A DNA stretch of 64,000 nt from a bacterium (GCA_016699595.1 CP064982.1:643118-707117); one strand, 5' to 3'; positions 20,852 through 30,311 are shown, counted from the stretch's first letter. Program-made: numbers and translations. The notes: generated from the sequence alone by a model not told the origin.

Positions 20852-21570
20852 TTATCACTTCTCCACACCCTCTCCCTCATAACCCTCCACGAACCGCCCA
20901 GATCTGCTCTAGCAACTTTCTTTACATTTACTTTTGATTCTTTATCATCAATCCACGTGACTGGAAGCTCAAATACCTTGTACCCAAACTTCTCTGCTAA
21001 CAATGTAAGCTCAAAATCAAAAAACCATGTATCATCCTTCGTCAATGGAACCAAATTTTTTGCAGTATCAACATTGATAGCCTTAAATCCACACTTGAAA
21101 TCATGGAATCTTGATCTCGTTATCAGCTTTATCAAAATTACATTTATGATTGAAAGGGTGCTCCTCTTTAGAGATCTATTTATTACCTTAGAGCCTTTCG
21201 TCAATCTACTGCCAATTACCATGTCATATCCTTCTGCAAATTTACCCATTGCTTCTGCAATATGTTTGATATCTGTAGACAAATCTAAATCCATCATCAA
21301 TGCATAGTCATAGTCATAGCGCTCCAACGCAGTTCTTAGTGCAATTCCTTTTCCCTTTATCTCGAGTCGTATGAATTCAAATTCTTTGTAATCATTTTTG
21401 AGTTCAATGCAAATGTTGTTTGAATTATCACTAGATTTGTTATCAACTACTATAATTTTCCATTCCATTTCACCTAAATTTTTCAATGCATACTCTCGAA
21501 CTTTCTCAACATGTTCTCGAAGTTGCCTTTCTTCATTGTATATAGGTATGATTATATTTAATTTTTTCAT
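20848..21570 (-). CDS. soluble GT2-family glycosyltransferase (dolichyl/polyprenyl-P sugar synthase-like)
   Basis: LNIIIPIYNEERQLREHV..IIVVDNKSSDNS..GKGIALRTAL..DLDLSTD. Confidence 0.75.
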   Translation of the reverse strand: MKKLNIIIPIYNEERQLREHVEKVREYALKNLGEMEWKIIVVDNKSSDNSNNICIELKNDYKEFEFIRLEIKGKGIALRTALERYDYDYALMMDLDLSTDIKHIAEAMGKFAEGYDMVIGSRLTKGSKVINRSLKRSTLSIINVILIKLITRSRFHDFKCGFKAINVDTAKNLVPLTKDDTWFFDFELTLLAEKFGYKVFELPVTWIDDKESKVNVKKVARADLGGSWRVMRERVWRSDK

Positions 21571-21637
21571 AATGTTCGGTCAATGCAATTTTTTTGTGTA
21601 CCTAGAAAATTCTATCACTCAAATGCCTTAATGTAAA

Positions 21638-23032
21638 CTATGCAAATCTCAGACCCAATACTTTATCAAACTCGTGAATTAAATATAACTTTTCTTTTGA
21701 GTCTAATTTAGAATTTATAGTTTTGATCAATATTGACAAACAAACTGGCATATTGAAACTATCTTCAACTCCAGATTTAAATGCATGATATAGATCTTGA
21801 GCTTCTTGAGATAAATTAATTATTCCTTCCTCATAGGAAGGTGCCGAACTATCGTGAGGCGAAAGGTTTTCAGCATTTATTTTTTTAACTTTTTCAACCA
21901 ATTTCAGTCTCACTTCGCGAGTTTTAGTAAGTTCATCTAAAGTAAAATTTTGCGATTTTCTAAAATTTGCAGTAAGATAGTAATATCTCAAGTCCATTGG
22001 ATCAAAACCCTTTTCAACCAAGTCTTGAAGTTTATAAAAATTCCCAAGCGACTTACTCATTTTCTTTCCATCAATTAAAATAAATTCATTATGAATCCAA
22101 TATTTAGCAAAAGGTTGCAAACTTGAACCTTCTGACTGGGCAATTTCATTTGTATGATGAACAGGGATATGCTCCACTCCACCTGTATGTATATCGATAG
22201 TTTCGCCAAGAAGTGATCTACTCATAGCAGAACATTCTATATGCCAACCTGGAAAACCAACTCCCCAAGGACTTTCCCACTTCATAATATGTTCAGAATT
22301 ATTTCCAATTATTTTTTGCCAAAGTCGAAAGTCAGCAGGATTTTTTTTGTTTTGATCTTCATTCACTTCATCTCTTACTGCAGTTTTCTTTTCAGCTAAG
22401 TTTTGTCCCGTTAAAATTCCATAATTTAATAGTTTTAGTTCAGAATTAGCTTTTACAAATTCTTCATATTTCGCAGTATCGAAATAAACTGCTTCAGCAG
22501 TATCATAAGTAAATCCTCTTTTTTCTAGCTCTTGAATCATCTCAATTTGTTCTTTGATGTAATTTGTAGCTCTTGGTCTATCTGTAGGAGCTAAGAAATT
22601 CATCTCTTCACAGTCTTTATCAACAGCATTGATATAAAATTCAGCTATATCCCAAACAGTTTTACCCTCTCGCTTCGCAGCTTTGTCCATACGATCTAAA
22701 CCATCCTCAGCGTCAGTTATTTCAGCTTCTTTATTTAGTTCCCTTTGAACTTCAGTCATAGTCATATGGCCAACATCTGTATAATTTCTAACCTGATGAA
22801 CTTCGTAACCCAGAAATTCTAAACTTCGACGGATAATATCGGCCATCAAAAAAGCTCGCATGTTTCCGATATGAGCAAAGTCGTAAACAGTTGGACCACA
22901 GTTATACATTGTAACTAATCTGTCTGATTCCTTCCCTTGAGAAGGTGTCCCGCTTAACGGGACGGAATTCTTTTCGTATAAGGCATGAAACTCTTCTTTT
23001 TGTTTTGTTAGTGTATTATAGATTTTTAGCAT
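21638..23032 (-). CDS. cysS: cysteine--tRNA ligase
   Basis: [28 protein letters not shown] and KMSKSLGNF (KMSKS motif) fit the class I CysRS layout. There is a small N-terminal insertion. Confidence 0.88.
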   Translation of the reverse strand: MLKIYNTLTKQKEEFHALYEKNSVPLSGTPSQGKESDRLVTMYNCGPTVYDFAHIGNMRAFLMADIIRRSLEFLGYEVHQVRNYTDVGHMTMTEVQRELNKEAEITDAEDGLDRMDKAAKREGKTVWDIAEFYINAVDKDCEEMNFLAPTDRPRATNYIKEQIEMIQELEKRGFTYDTAEAVYFDTAKYEEFVKANSELKLLNYGILTGQNLAEKKTAVRDEVNEDQNKKNPADFRLWQKIIGNNSEHIMKWESPWGVGFPGWHIECSAMSRSLLGETIDIHTGGVEHIPVHHTNEIAQSEGSSLQPFAKYWIHNEFILIDGKKMSKSLGNFYKLQDLVEKGFDPMDLRYYYLTANFRKSQNFTLDELTKTREVRLKLVEKVKKINAENLSPHDSSAPSYEEGIINLSQEAQDLYHAFKSGVEDSFNMPVCLSILIKTINSKLDSKEKLYLIHEFDKVLGLRFA

Positions 23033-23769
23033 TATATTTCAAATTCCACAAACTCGAAAATTGGTTCGTGGTCAATAATTTTTATAAAATATTCTTTTGG
23101 ATCAATTATAAACTTTGCAAATATTTGAATTCTTTTCAAAATCGGAAACTGTGATTTGTATATATTTATTGCTCTTATTTTTCTAATTGTATCAAAAATC
23201 GAAAGTTGAATGACTAAGTTTGCATCAAACTTGTGTTTATAATTTTCCAATTTACAAAAGTTTTGTATTTCGAACTGTCCTCCAGTTATAAGTAATAGCT
23301 CGAAAGTAAATTTATCTAACTTTTGTAAGTTATATAGAATTTCAGAAACTATTATATGATCTGGATGTCCAGTAACTCCAGTATTGTCATAAGTGATGAC
23401 TGAATCTGGTTTAAAACTTTCGATTTGTTCAATTATTAAATCTTTAATTTTTGATTTTTCTGCGTTCAATCCTCCATCTTCAAAATCAAATAATCTATAA
23501 TTTTCTATTTTCAATATCTTCATAGCATTTTCAAATTCTATAGATCGAATTTGTTCTAAACTCTTTCCGTCTTGCTTCGCAATTTTCTTTCCCCAAGGAA
23601 TGGGTGTCCTTTTTATATAATTCTTGCCTGCACCACCTTTTGTCAAAATAACGATTTTGATTTCATTGTTTGATTTTTTTAGTTTGTGGATCATTCCTGT
23701 GACAAAGTATGTTTCATCATCAGGATGTGGAAGTATAATTAAGTATTTCATTGTATAAATATAAAACAA
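23032..23769 (-). CDS. PIG-L/LmbE-family N-acetylglucosaminyl deacetylase
   Basis: LIILPHPDDETYFVTGMI..KIVILTKGGAG and ..VTGHPDHIIVSE carry the HPDDE and HPDH motifs of the family. The true start is probably the Met of MKYLII. Confidence 0.75.
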   Translation of the reverse strand: MFYIYTMKYLIILPHPDDETYFVTGMIHKLKKSNNEIKIVILTKGGAGKNYIKRTPIPWGKKIAKQDGKSLEQIRSIEFENAMKILKIENYRLFDFEDGGLNAEKSKIKDLIIEQIESFKPDSVITYDNTGVTGHPDHIIVSEILYNLQKLDKFTFELLLITGGQFEIQNFCKLENYKHKFDANLVIQLSIFDTIRKIRAINIYKSQFPILKRIQIFAKFIIDPKEYFIKIIDHEPIFEFVEFEI

Positions 23770-23864
23770 GAGTTAGTTGAAGTTTGTGTGAGAGTATGTG
23801 CCGTCAGGCACAACAGAAGATATTTGAATTATTAATTCGTATTTTATATGAGAGCATTTCTTAG

Positions 23865-25433
23865 TTAGTGTTCAACTTTGTACAAAACCACTACATCACC
23901 TACCATAGGTTCAATGTTAGGCTCTATCATTATTCCACACTCTTTTCCTTTTTCTACTTCTTTGACCTCGTTTTTAAGTATCTTCAATGATGTGATTTTA
24001 CCCTTCCCAACAATTTCTTCACTTCTTTCCAATCGAGCCTTGTATCCTTTTATTACAGTCCCTTTCTGAACACTACATCCCGCAATCCAATCTCCATTCG
24101 TAAGCTTAAAAACATTCTTGACACTTGCCCTTGCCACTTCTACTTCTTCCTCTTCTGGTTCCAATAACCCAGTTAGAGCATCTTCCAATTCTTCAACTAA
24201 TTCGTAAATTATCTGGTAGGATTTTACAAGAATTCTTTCTTGTCTTGCAAGTCTATTTGCATCATCTTGAACTTTACTTCGGAACCCAATTACTATAGCT
24301 CCAATATCCTTTGCCCTCCTAACCTCGGATTGATTGATTTCTCCAACTCCCTTTTCTTTTATCACAACTTCTACAAAATCATCATTCAGTTTCATTAATT
24401 CTTGTGCAACTACTTCTAGAGAACCCATTGTATCTGCCTTCAAAATTACATTTAGCCTCTTTCTCTCACTGGATGATTCGGCAGCATTTGATATATTTTT
24501 GAGAATTGAAATTGGATCCAAAAAGTCTACATTTTCACTTTCACGATCACGGATATCTTGAACTTCGTTCTCCGCTACTTTCTTGTCATCAAATATACGA
24601 ATCAGTTGTCCAACATTCGGAGTTTCTTCAAGCCCAACAAGCCATACTGGATCACCACTGAAAAAAACATCTTGTGGAATTTGATTTGAATTCAGTAAAG
24701 TTCTGATTTTTGAACTAAACTGGGAATTCGCGACATAGAAAGTACCTTTTGCAGCAATTTGACTCTTTTTCAAAATTACCAATGCAACATTGCCAAATGA
24801 CTTATCAACATTTGCCTCCAGCACTATACCTTCAGCAAGGCTACCAGTTAAGTCAGCGTCTTCTTTTGTCTGCAAGTCATACAAAAGGAATATACTATCT
24901 AGCAATTTATCCAAACCTTCTCCCGTTTTTGCTGATACCTTGACCAAGATCGCATCACCTCCAAATTCTTCAGTGTTCACTCCAGCTTTTGCAGATAAAT
25001 CGGTTAGTAACTTTTGTTCGTTTTCCCCTGGCAAATCTATTTTGTTTAGTGCAATTATGATTGGTAAATTATTCTCTTTTGCAAACTTTGCTGATTCTAT
25101 TGTTTGCGATTGTATCCCATCATTATGTGCAATCACGATAATTGCGACATCTGCTATTTCAGAACCTCTACTTCTCATCTGATGAAAAGCCTCGTGTCCT
25201 GGAGTATCAATAAATGTAATTTTTCTACTTTCTCCATCTCTTTCTACTTCAATTTGATGAGCCCTAACTGATTGTGTGATACCACCATGTTCAGTATCTA
25301 CTACCTTTGTTCCTCTTATTGAATCCAAAAGAGACGTCTTGCCATGATCTACATGACCCATCACAGCAACAATTGGAGTTTTTCTTTGCATGTCATTTTT
25401 CACAAAGGTGAGTATAGCAAATGTATTGGACAA
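23865..25433 (-). CDS. infB: translation initiation factor IF-2, short form (G domain onward)
   Basis: PIVAVMGHVDHGKTSLLDSIRGTKVVDTEHGGITQSVRAHQ is the IF-2 G1 region. At 522 aa it lacks the long N-terminal domains of E. coli IF-2. Confidence 0.88.
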   Translation of the reverse strand: MSNTFAILTFVKNDMQRKTPIVAVMGHVDHGKTSLLDSIRGTKVVDTEHGGITQSVRAHQIEVERDGESRKITFIDTPGHEAFHQMRSRGSEIADVAIIVIAHNDGIQSQTIESAKFAKENNLPIIIALNKIDLPGENEQKLLTDLSAKAGVNTEEFGGDAILVKVSAKTGEGLDKLLDSIFLLYDLQTKEDADLTGSLAEGIVLEANVDKSFGNVALVILKKSQIAAKGTFYVANSQFSSKIRTLLNSNQIPQDVFFSGDPVWLVGLEETPNVGQLIRIFDDKKVAENEVQDIRDRESENVDFLDPISILKNISNAAESSSERKRLNVILKADTMGSLEVVAQELMKLNDDFVEVVIKEKGVGEINQSEVRRAKDIGAIVIGFRSKVQDDANRLARQERILVKSYQIIYELVEELEDALTGLLEPEEEEVEVARASVKNVFKLTNGDWIAGCSVQKGTVIKGYKARLERSEEIVGKGKITSLKILKNEVKEVEKGKECGIMIEPNIEPMVGDVVVLYKVEH

Positions 25434-25467
25434 TAGTCAAAACTAAGTTGATATTATAAAGCAAGTT

Positions 25468-25549
25468 TACCGAAGACAGGAGTCGAACCTGCACCTGATG
25501 AAAGACTACGACCTGAACGTAGCGCGTCTACCAATTTCGCCACTTCGGC
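25468..25549 (-). tRNA. tRNA-Leu (anticodon CAG), type II with long variable arm
   Basis: Reverse complement: GCCGAAGTGGCGAAATTGGTAGACGCGCTACGTTCAGGTCGTAG..GCAGGTTCGACTCCTGTCTTCGGTA. Acceptor and D stems pair. Anticodon stem CTACG/CGTAG with loop TTCAGGT. T-loop TTCGACT. Coordinates within 1-2 nt. Confidence 0.75.
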
Positions 25550-25558
25550 TAAATACTT

Positions 25559-26377
25559 TTAAAAATATTCTGCTATTGAACTTACTTTCTTTTTGAAAAA
25601 GTAATTACCTATAACTATCAAAAAAACACCCATCGTTAGTAGCAGTACCAACTTATCAATACCAACAACCGAGGACGATAAACTTTGATTCATAACTATC
25701 AACGATCTGCCAAACTCGATCGGCCAACCTATGGGGTTATTTATAACCAAAGCATAAAATATGTTATTACTGTTTACAACAAACGCATAAGTAAACAGTA
25801 CTGGAGTCAACCAATAATACATAGCAAAAAATAATTCCATCACATGCTGAAGATCTCGGATTCTCACAATGATTATGCTAAGAAAAAAAGAAATCCCTAA
25901 AATGATCAAGTATAAAGCAAAGAGAAACGAAAGAAAAAGAATCATCCCAATTAAATAATTTCCTGGATTGGTCACACCTAAGAAATGCTCTGACTTGGCT
26001 GTATTTGAAATTGCAAATATAAATGCAAACAAAACTAAATTTATTGTCAAATTTATTACTGACATCAAACTTGACGATATGACAGCAATTTGCCTATTAA
26101 AGTTAACTTTAAGAATAATTGACGCTTTGTCAAGCAATCCATTCATTCCAAATATTACACCTTCATTGAAGAATGTCCAAATCACAATGCCAAGCATTAA
26201 TTTAGGTGCAAAGTATGATTCCTTGTTCCCGAAAAGGTTTGTCCATACAAAGTATAGGATCAGAAACATCAAAAACGGTTTCAAAATCACCCAAATCAGA
26301 CCCAAAACAGAATTGTTGTATCTAAGTTTAAAGCTTGTTTTGACGAGTTGTTTAAGCAAATCTTTAGTGTTTGACAT
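25559..26377 (-). CDS. ABC-2 type transporter permease (Wzm/TagG-like polysaccharide or teichoic-acid exporter)
   Basis: The N-terminus LVKTSFKLRYNNSVLGLIWVILKPFLMFLIL is the ABC-2 signature region, followed by six TMs. No cognate ATPase is adjacent. Confidence 0.65.
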   Translation of the reverse strand: MSNTKDLLKQLVKTSFKLRYNNSVLGLIWVILKPFLMFLILYFVWTNLFGNKESYFAPKLMLGIVIWTFFNEGVIFGMNGLLDKASIILKVNFNRQIAVISSSLMSVINLTINLVLFAFIFAISNTAKSEHFLGVTNPGNYLIGMILFLSFLFALYLIILGISFFLSIIIVRIRDLQHVMELFFAMYYWLTPVLFTYAFVVNSNNIFYALVINNPIGWPIEFGRSLIVMNQSLSSSVVGIDKLVLLLTMGVFLIVIGNYFFKKKVSSIAEYF

Positions 26378-26920
26378 CGTCGTATTTTAGCATATCTAGC
26401 AAATTTATATGTAACAAGATCCATTCTGGGAAATATCAGTATATTTATAAACAAACCTAATTAAGATTGTCAATATAAATCAACTTAAAAAGATATTTTT
26501 ATCCAAGCATTATTTTCATAATTCTTAGAATATTTTTTACATTTATAAACACTGCATTGAAATTTAAATTTGACAATGTTTGCATAATCCACAGTCATAA
26601 TGACTAAAAGTTTGCATTTTTATTTTGTAAAACAAAATAAAAAATTTTCTCATTTTTTACTTGCAATCATTTCAAAAATTTTGTAAAAATGTATTGGGAT
26701 CTTTTAAGTATAACTTAGTTACTAAATCTAGAAATTACTCAAGGCAATTTATTGCCACACAAGACTTGAAGGATTCAAGTTGCTTGTGTAATTTAAAAGA
26801 AAGATCAAAATTATTTTTGATAACTTTTATAGAATAATTATTTGGATTTTGTATAGACTAGTCGATAATGAAATGCGCAATCATTATTTATCGTAACTAA
26901 TGTGGTTTTAACTTAGGGAT

Positions 26921-26990
26921 CCCACACTGCCCAACTGTTACACGCCCCACCGAGACTGCCAGACTGCCTTTACTGCCAAACTGCCCAATT
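26921..26990. repeat. GC-rich island with five copies of ACTGCC at 8-10 bp spacing, abutting the DnaA box
   Basis: cccacACTGCCcaACTGttacacgccccaccgagACTGCCagACTGCCtttACTGCCaaACTGCCcaa. Local GC is >50% against a ~30% background. Confidence 0.6.
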
Positions 26991-26991
26991 T

Positions 26992-27000
26992 TGTGGATAA
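26992..27000 (-). promoter_or_regulatory. perfect DnaA box (TTATCCACA on minus strand) ~85 bp upstream of the dnaA start
   Basis: The plus strand reads tgtggataa. Confidence 0.6.
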
Positions 27001-27083
27001 CTTTTTGGAAAAATGCTATTCTACATCATTCGTTTATGACAATAGTTAGTTCTATAACATACAGATATTTACTTACCTAAAAC

Positions 27084-28445
27084 TTGGACTTATCGACAAT
27101 TTGGAAAAAAACACAAACTCAGCTTGAAATCAGACTTGAACCTAGTACATATAATAGATTTTTCAAGTACACTGAATTGAAAAAAATTGATGAAGGTACT
27201 GCGATAATTGGTACCCATTCGACTTTTAGTTCAAACATTTTACAGACAAAACATAAAAAAACTATCAGCGATTTGCTTTCAATAAATTACGGAAAATTGC
27301 TCAAAGTTAAGTTTGAAGTTGATCCTGACATGGTAGACTTAGCAACTAAAGATAGATCTACTCTTTTAGTTGATGAGCTTCCTATTTTCCAAACGAATGC
27401 AAACCCAGACCTAACTGCGAAACTTGGCTACTGCAACCTGAATTCAAAGTTCACTTTTGACAATTTCATTGTAGGTGATTCCAATAGACTTGCTCATGCA
27501 GCTGCAACTTCGATTTTGAACAAAAAAAACAGGTTTAATCCCTTTTTTATATATGGAAAAACCGGACTTGGAAAAACTCATCTAGTTCAAGCAATTGGAA
27601 TATCTTTTCTTGAAAAAGATTTGTCTAAGAAAGTTCTATATGTTCCTTCAGAAACTTTTTTAAATGATTTAGTTCGATCTATTCGAACACAAACTACTCT
27701 TGATTTTCGAAAAAAATACAGAGAACTTGATTTGTTGATAATTGACGATATTCAATTGATTTCAAAATGGGTAGAAACACAAAATGAATTTTTCAATACT
27801 TTCAATGTGTTGAATTTGTCAGACAAACAAGTTATCTTGATTTCAGACAGACCACCAGAAGAGATCCAGAATTTAGAAGATAGGCTTAAGTCTAGATTCC
27901 AAGGAGGACTGTCTGTTAGTATTAGCGAACCAGAGCTTGAAACGAGATACGCTATTTTGTTGCAAAAACAAAAAGATCTTGAAACCAACTTAAGAAATGA
28001 GATCTTAAGAGATATAGCACGGATAGTTACTACAAATATCCGAGAACTTGAAGGTGCTTTGACTAAAGTCAATCTTATGCAATCACTCAAAGACTCAGAT
28101 TTGACAAGTGAGGAAGTTGCATCGATTTTGGGAAAAGAACATTCAGAGCGTAAAATCGCCAACCCGAATGATGTCTTGAGAATAATTGGAGCAGAGTATG
28201 GCGTAAGTTTACAGGAATTGAAGTCTGAGAGACGCACTGCCAATATCGCATTTGCTCGCCAGATCGCTATGTATATATTTGCAATAGAATTAGGTTTCAA
28301 ACTAGAGAAAATTGCAGAAATTTTGAAAAGGAAGGATCATACTACAGTTTTGCACGGTCGAAATAAAATAGAAACTCAAATGAAAATGGATGCTGGACTT
28401 CGAAGTAGAATTGAAAAAATTACCAATCAAGTCTTTTATAATTAA
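27084..28445 (+). CDS. dnaA: chromosomal replication initiator DnaA
   Basis: Walker A NPFFIYGKTGLGKTHLVQAIG, AAA+ motifs (LLIIDDIQ), and a C-terminal DNA-binding helix-turn-helix region ..ANIAFARQIAMYI..HTTVLHG. The start codon appears to be TTG. Confidence 0.95.
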   Translation: MDLSTIWKKTQTQLEIRLEPSTYNRFFKYTELKKIDEGTAIIGTHSTFSSNILQTKHKKTISDLLSINYGKLLKVKFEVDPDMVDLATKDRSTLLVDELPIFQTNANPDLTAKLGYCNLNSKFTFDNFIVGDSNRLAHAAATSILNKKNRFNPFFIYGKTGLGKTHLVQAIGISFLEKDLSKKVLYVPSETFLNDLVRSIRTQTTLDFRKKYRELDLLIIDDIQLISKWVETQNEFFNTFNVLNLSDKQVILISDRPPEEIQNLEDRLKSRFQGGLSVSISEPELETRYAILLQKQKDLETNLRNEILRDIARIVTTNIRELEGALTKVNLMQSLKDSDLTSEEVASILGKEHSERKIANPNDVLRIIGAEYGVSLQELKSERRTANIAFARQIAMYIFAIELGFKLEKIAEILKRKDHTTVLHGRNKIETQMKMDAGLRSRIEKITNQVFYN

Positions 28446-29245
28446 TGACACTACCACAGTACTTAAAAAGCAAACGAGAAGAAATTGGGGAAACTGTTGA
28501 AGATATCTCCACTAGGTCTAAAGTTAGTAAAGAATATATTTATGCGATTGAATCTGGTGATTACTCAATTTTCGAGGCAGAGGTTTTCAGAAAAGGTTGG
28601 ATCAAAATTTACGCGAGATTATTAAACTTAGATGAAGAGTATGTACTTGCACTTGATAGAAGAGAAAATCCTAATATCCAATCAAAACCAATTATCCAAA
28701 AAGGCAGTAATAAATACAAAGTCTCATTAACTGACCAAAAAGTCAGTCAAAATTCCTCAACAAATTCAAATAAAAAGCTTACTAGTATCGAGAGATTTCA
28801 AAAACCAAAGTTTTTCTTCACAAAATCAAAAGTTTCATTTATAGTTGGGGTAATTTTGGCTATTGGTTTTGTTTTTTTTGGATTACGACAATTTCGTTTG
28901 GTAAATGAATCTCCTGAATTGAACTTAAATTCTCCGATTACACTTTCAATGAAAGATATGAACGAGGACTCCGTCACACAAACCCTAACTACAAACAAAA
29001 GTCAAATTACTATCTCAGGTAATATTGATCCAAACGATCAGCTATATATACAAGGAGCTTTGTCTAGATGGAATTCGACAGGACAATTTAGGTTTGAAAA
29101 CTACATGCTCAATAAAGGCGAGAATGTACTAAAAATCGAAGCAAAAAACAAGTTGGGTAAAAGTAGCGTAATTGAACTTAAGATCATCTATGATGAAACG
29201 GAGCCTACTTTTACAACAAGCTCTAGTACTAGCATTAGTCTTTAG
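28445..29245 (+). CDS. HTH (XRE-type) domain, single-TM membrane protein with RodZ-like topology
   Basis: N-terminal LKSKREEIGETVEDISTRSKVSKEYIYAIESGDY is an XRE-like HTH. TM FIVGVILAIGFVFFGL follows, then a ~110-aa extracytoplasmic domain. The start overlaps the dnaA stop. Confidence 0.4.
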   Translation: MTLPQYLKSKREEIGETVEDISTRSKVSKEYIYAIESGDYSIFEAEVFRKGWIKIYARLLNLDEEYVLALDRRENPNIQSKPIIQKGSNKYKVSLTDQKVSQNSSTNSNKKLTSIERFQKPKFFFTKSKVSFIVGVILAIGFVFFGLRQFRLVNESPELNLNSPITLSMKDMNEDSVTQTLTTNKSQITISGNIDPNDQLYIQGALSRWNSTGQFRFENYMLNKGENVLKIEAKNKLGKSSVIELKIIYDETEPTFTTSSSTSISL

Positions 29246-29248
29246 TCT

Positions 29249-30283
29249 TTGATTTTGATCTTTTTTTGTGATTCAATACTAACTATAATGAATTATACAA
29301 GAAGGAATATAACTGCATCGAAACCTGGGACTAAGAAAGTTTTGGTAGCCAAAAAAATTGTTTTGGCTATTCTCTTTTTCTTGATTTCTGCATTTCTCTA
29401 CAGTCTCTATGCTCTAAAAATCCGCATCATTGATCTTGAAGGAAACGATGATAACTTGAAATCTCAAATCTATAGCGTTGTAGAGAAATATGAAAATACA
29501 AGATTTTTGTTTATATCTCCATCCAAACTACAATCTGAGTTAGATGAACAATTTGGAAGTGTCAGTATTATACAAGTTGACAAACTTTATCCAAATAAAT
29601 TAATCATTAAGTACGAAAAGGCTAAGCCTATCGCAAGAATCTTTTGCGAAGAAGACTCAGCAATATTGAGTAGCAATTTTTTGTTAATGAACATTGTAGA
29701 GCAGCCTAATTATAGGTTAGAGCCAAAATTACGGGCATTGCTGAAAGATGAAGTTACTGTAAATAATAACTCTATGTCGCAAAGCTCTACTAGCACAGAG
29801 AGTACTTTGGCATCATCAGCTATCGCTAACATTAGTTCCATTGCTTCATCATTAGAATCAAATAGTTTAAATATTACTCTAAACTCCGAAGAACTTTTGG
29901 CATCTAGAAGAACCATGTATTCTGATGCATTCAAATTTATAAATGATCTTAGAAAATCTGATTCTGTTACATCAGAAACTAGCTTGCTTGAGGTAGAAAA
30001 TTTACCATCTATCTTTTGCCTTGATTCCTCTGCAACAATAAATTTGGAAATGATAAAAAAGTTCAAAGAACTTCTAGAGAATGTTCCTTCAAAGGAAAAC
30101 AATGTCTTCATCATTGATAACAGATTTATCTATGACAATCAAGGTGTGATTGAAATATACTCCATACTTGAGTCTTATGAAGTTCAAAATTTTCGATTAT
30201 CAAAAGTCATGGAGCATCTAGAGATCGATGGACAAGGATATAGACAGATTGATATAAGAAGGGATAAGGTTGTCGTTTATTGA
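29249..30283 (+). CDS. FtsQ/DivIB-like cell-division protein (TM plus POTRA-like domain)
   Basis: TM LAILFFLISAFLYSLYAL followed by KIRIIDLEGNDDNLKSQIYSVVEKY..FLFISPSKLQSEL..SIIQVDKLYPNKLIIKYEKAKPIARI, which matches the FtsQ POTRA pattern. The true start is probably the Met of MNYTRRN near 29288. Confidence 0.5.
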   Translation: MILIFFCDSILTIMNYTRRNITASKPGTKKVLVAKKIVLAILFFLISAFLYSLYALKIRIIDLEGNDDNLKSQIYSVVEKYENTRFLFISPSKLQSELDEQFGSVSIIQVDKLYPNKLIIKYEKAKPIARIFCEEDSAILSSNFLLMNIVEQPNYRLEPKLRALLKDEVTVNNNSMSQSSTSTESTLASSAIANISSIASSLESNSLNITLNSEELLASRRTMYSDAFKFINDLRKSDSVTSETSLLEVENLPSIFCLDSSATINLEMIKKFKELLENVPSKENNVFIIDNRFIYDNQGVIEIYSILESYEVQNFRLSKVMEHLEIDGQGYRQIDIRRDKVVVY

Positions 30284-30285
30284 AA

Positions 30286-30311
30286 AAGGAGGCATGTATA
30301 TTAGCCTCCTT
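30286..30311. terminator. bidirectional rho-independent terminator between the convergent ftsQ-like and ssb genes
   Basis: Stem aaggaggc / gcctcctt (8 bp) with a 10-nt loop, flanked by A-run and T-rich sequence (tgaaaa ... tatctctt). Confidence 0.5.

Larger units (their letters stand above)
26378..27083. other. putative chromosomal replication origin (oriC) and dnaA promoter region
   Basis: A 706-bp AT-rich intergenic region at the point where gene orientation switches from a long minus-strand run to plus-strand dnaA. Perfect DnaA box TGTGGATAA at 26992-27000, a one-mismatch box TAATCCACA at ~26585-26593, and an AT tract at 26615-26665 (tttttattttgtaaaacaaaataaaaaattttctcattttttac) that could be the DUE. 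Confidence 0.55.

Noticed and set aside
23770-23864. Hairpin gtgccgtcaggcac downstream of infB as a terminator
   Set aside because: Five-bp stem with no U-tract on the transcribed strand; too weak to call.
2854-30114. Many 60-180-aa ORFs antisense to or out of frame with long genes. Examples: 2854-3234, 4478-4858, 6231-6440, 10576-10911, 17098-17307, 20262-21307, 24334-25182, 25968-26390, 27752-28300, 29710-30114, 30270-30473.
   Set aside because: Each is fully overlapped by a longer ORF with clear family motifs on the other strand or in another frame. Low-complexity translations are typical of AT-rich shadow ORFs.
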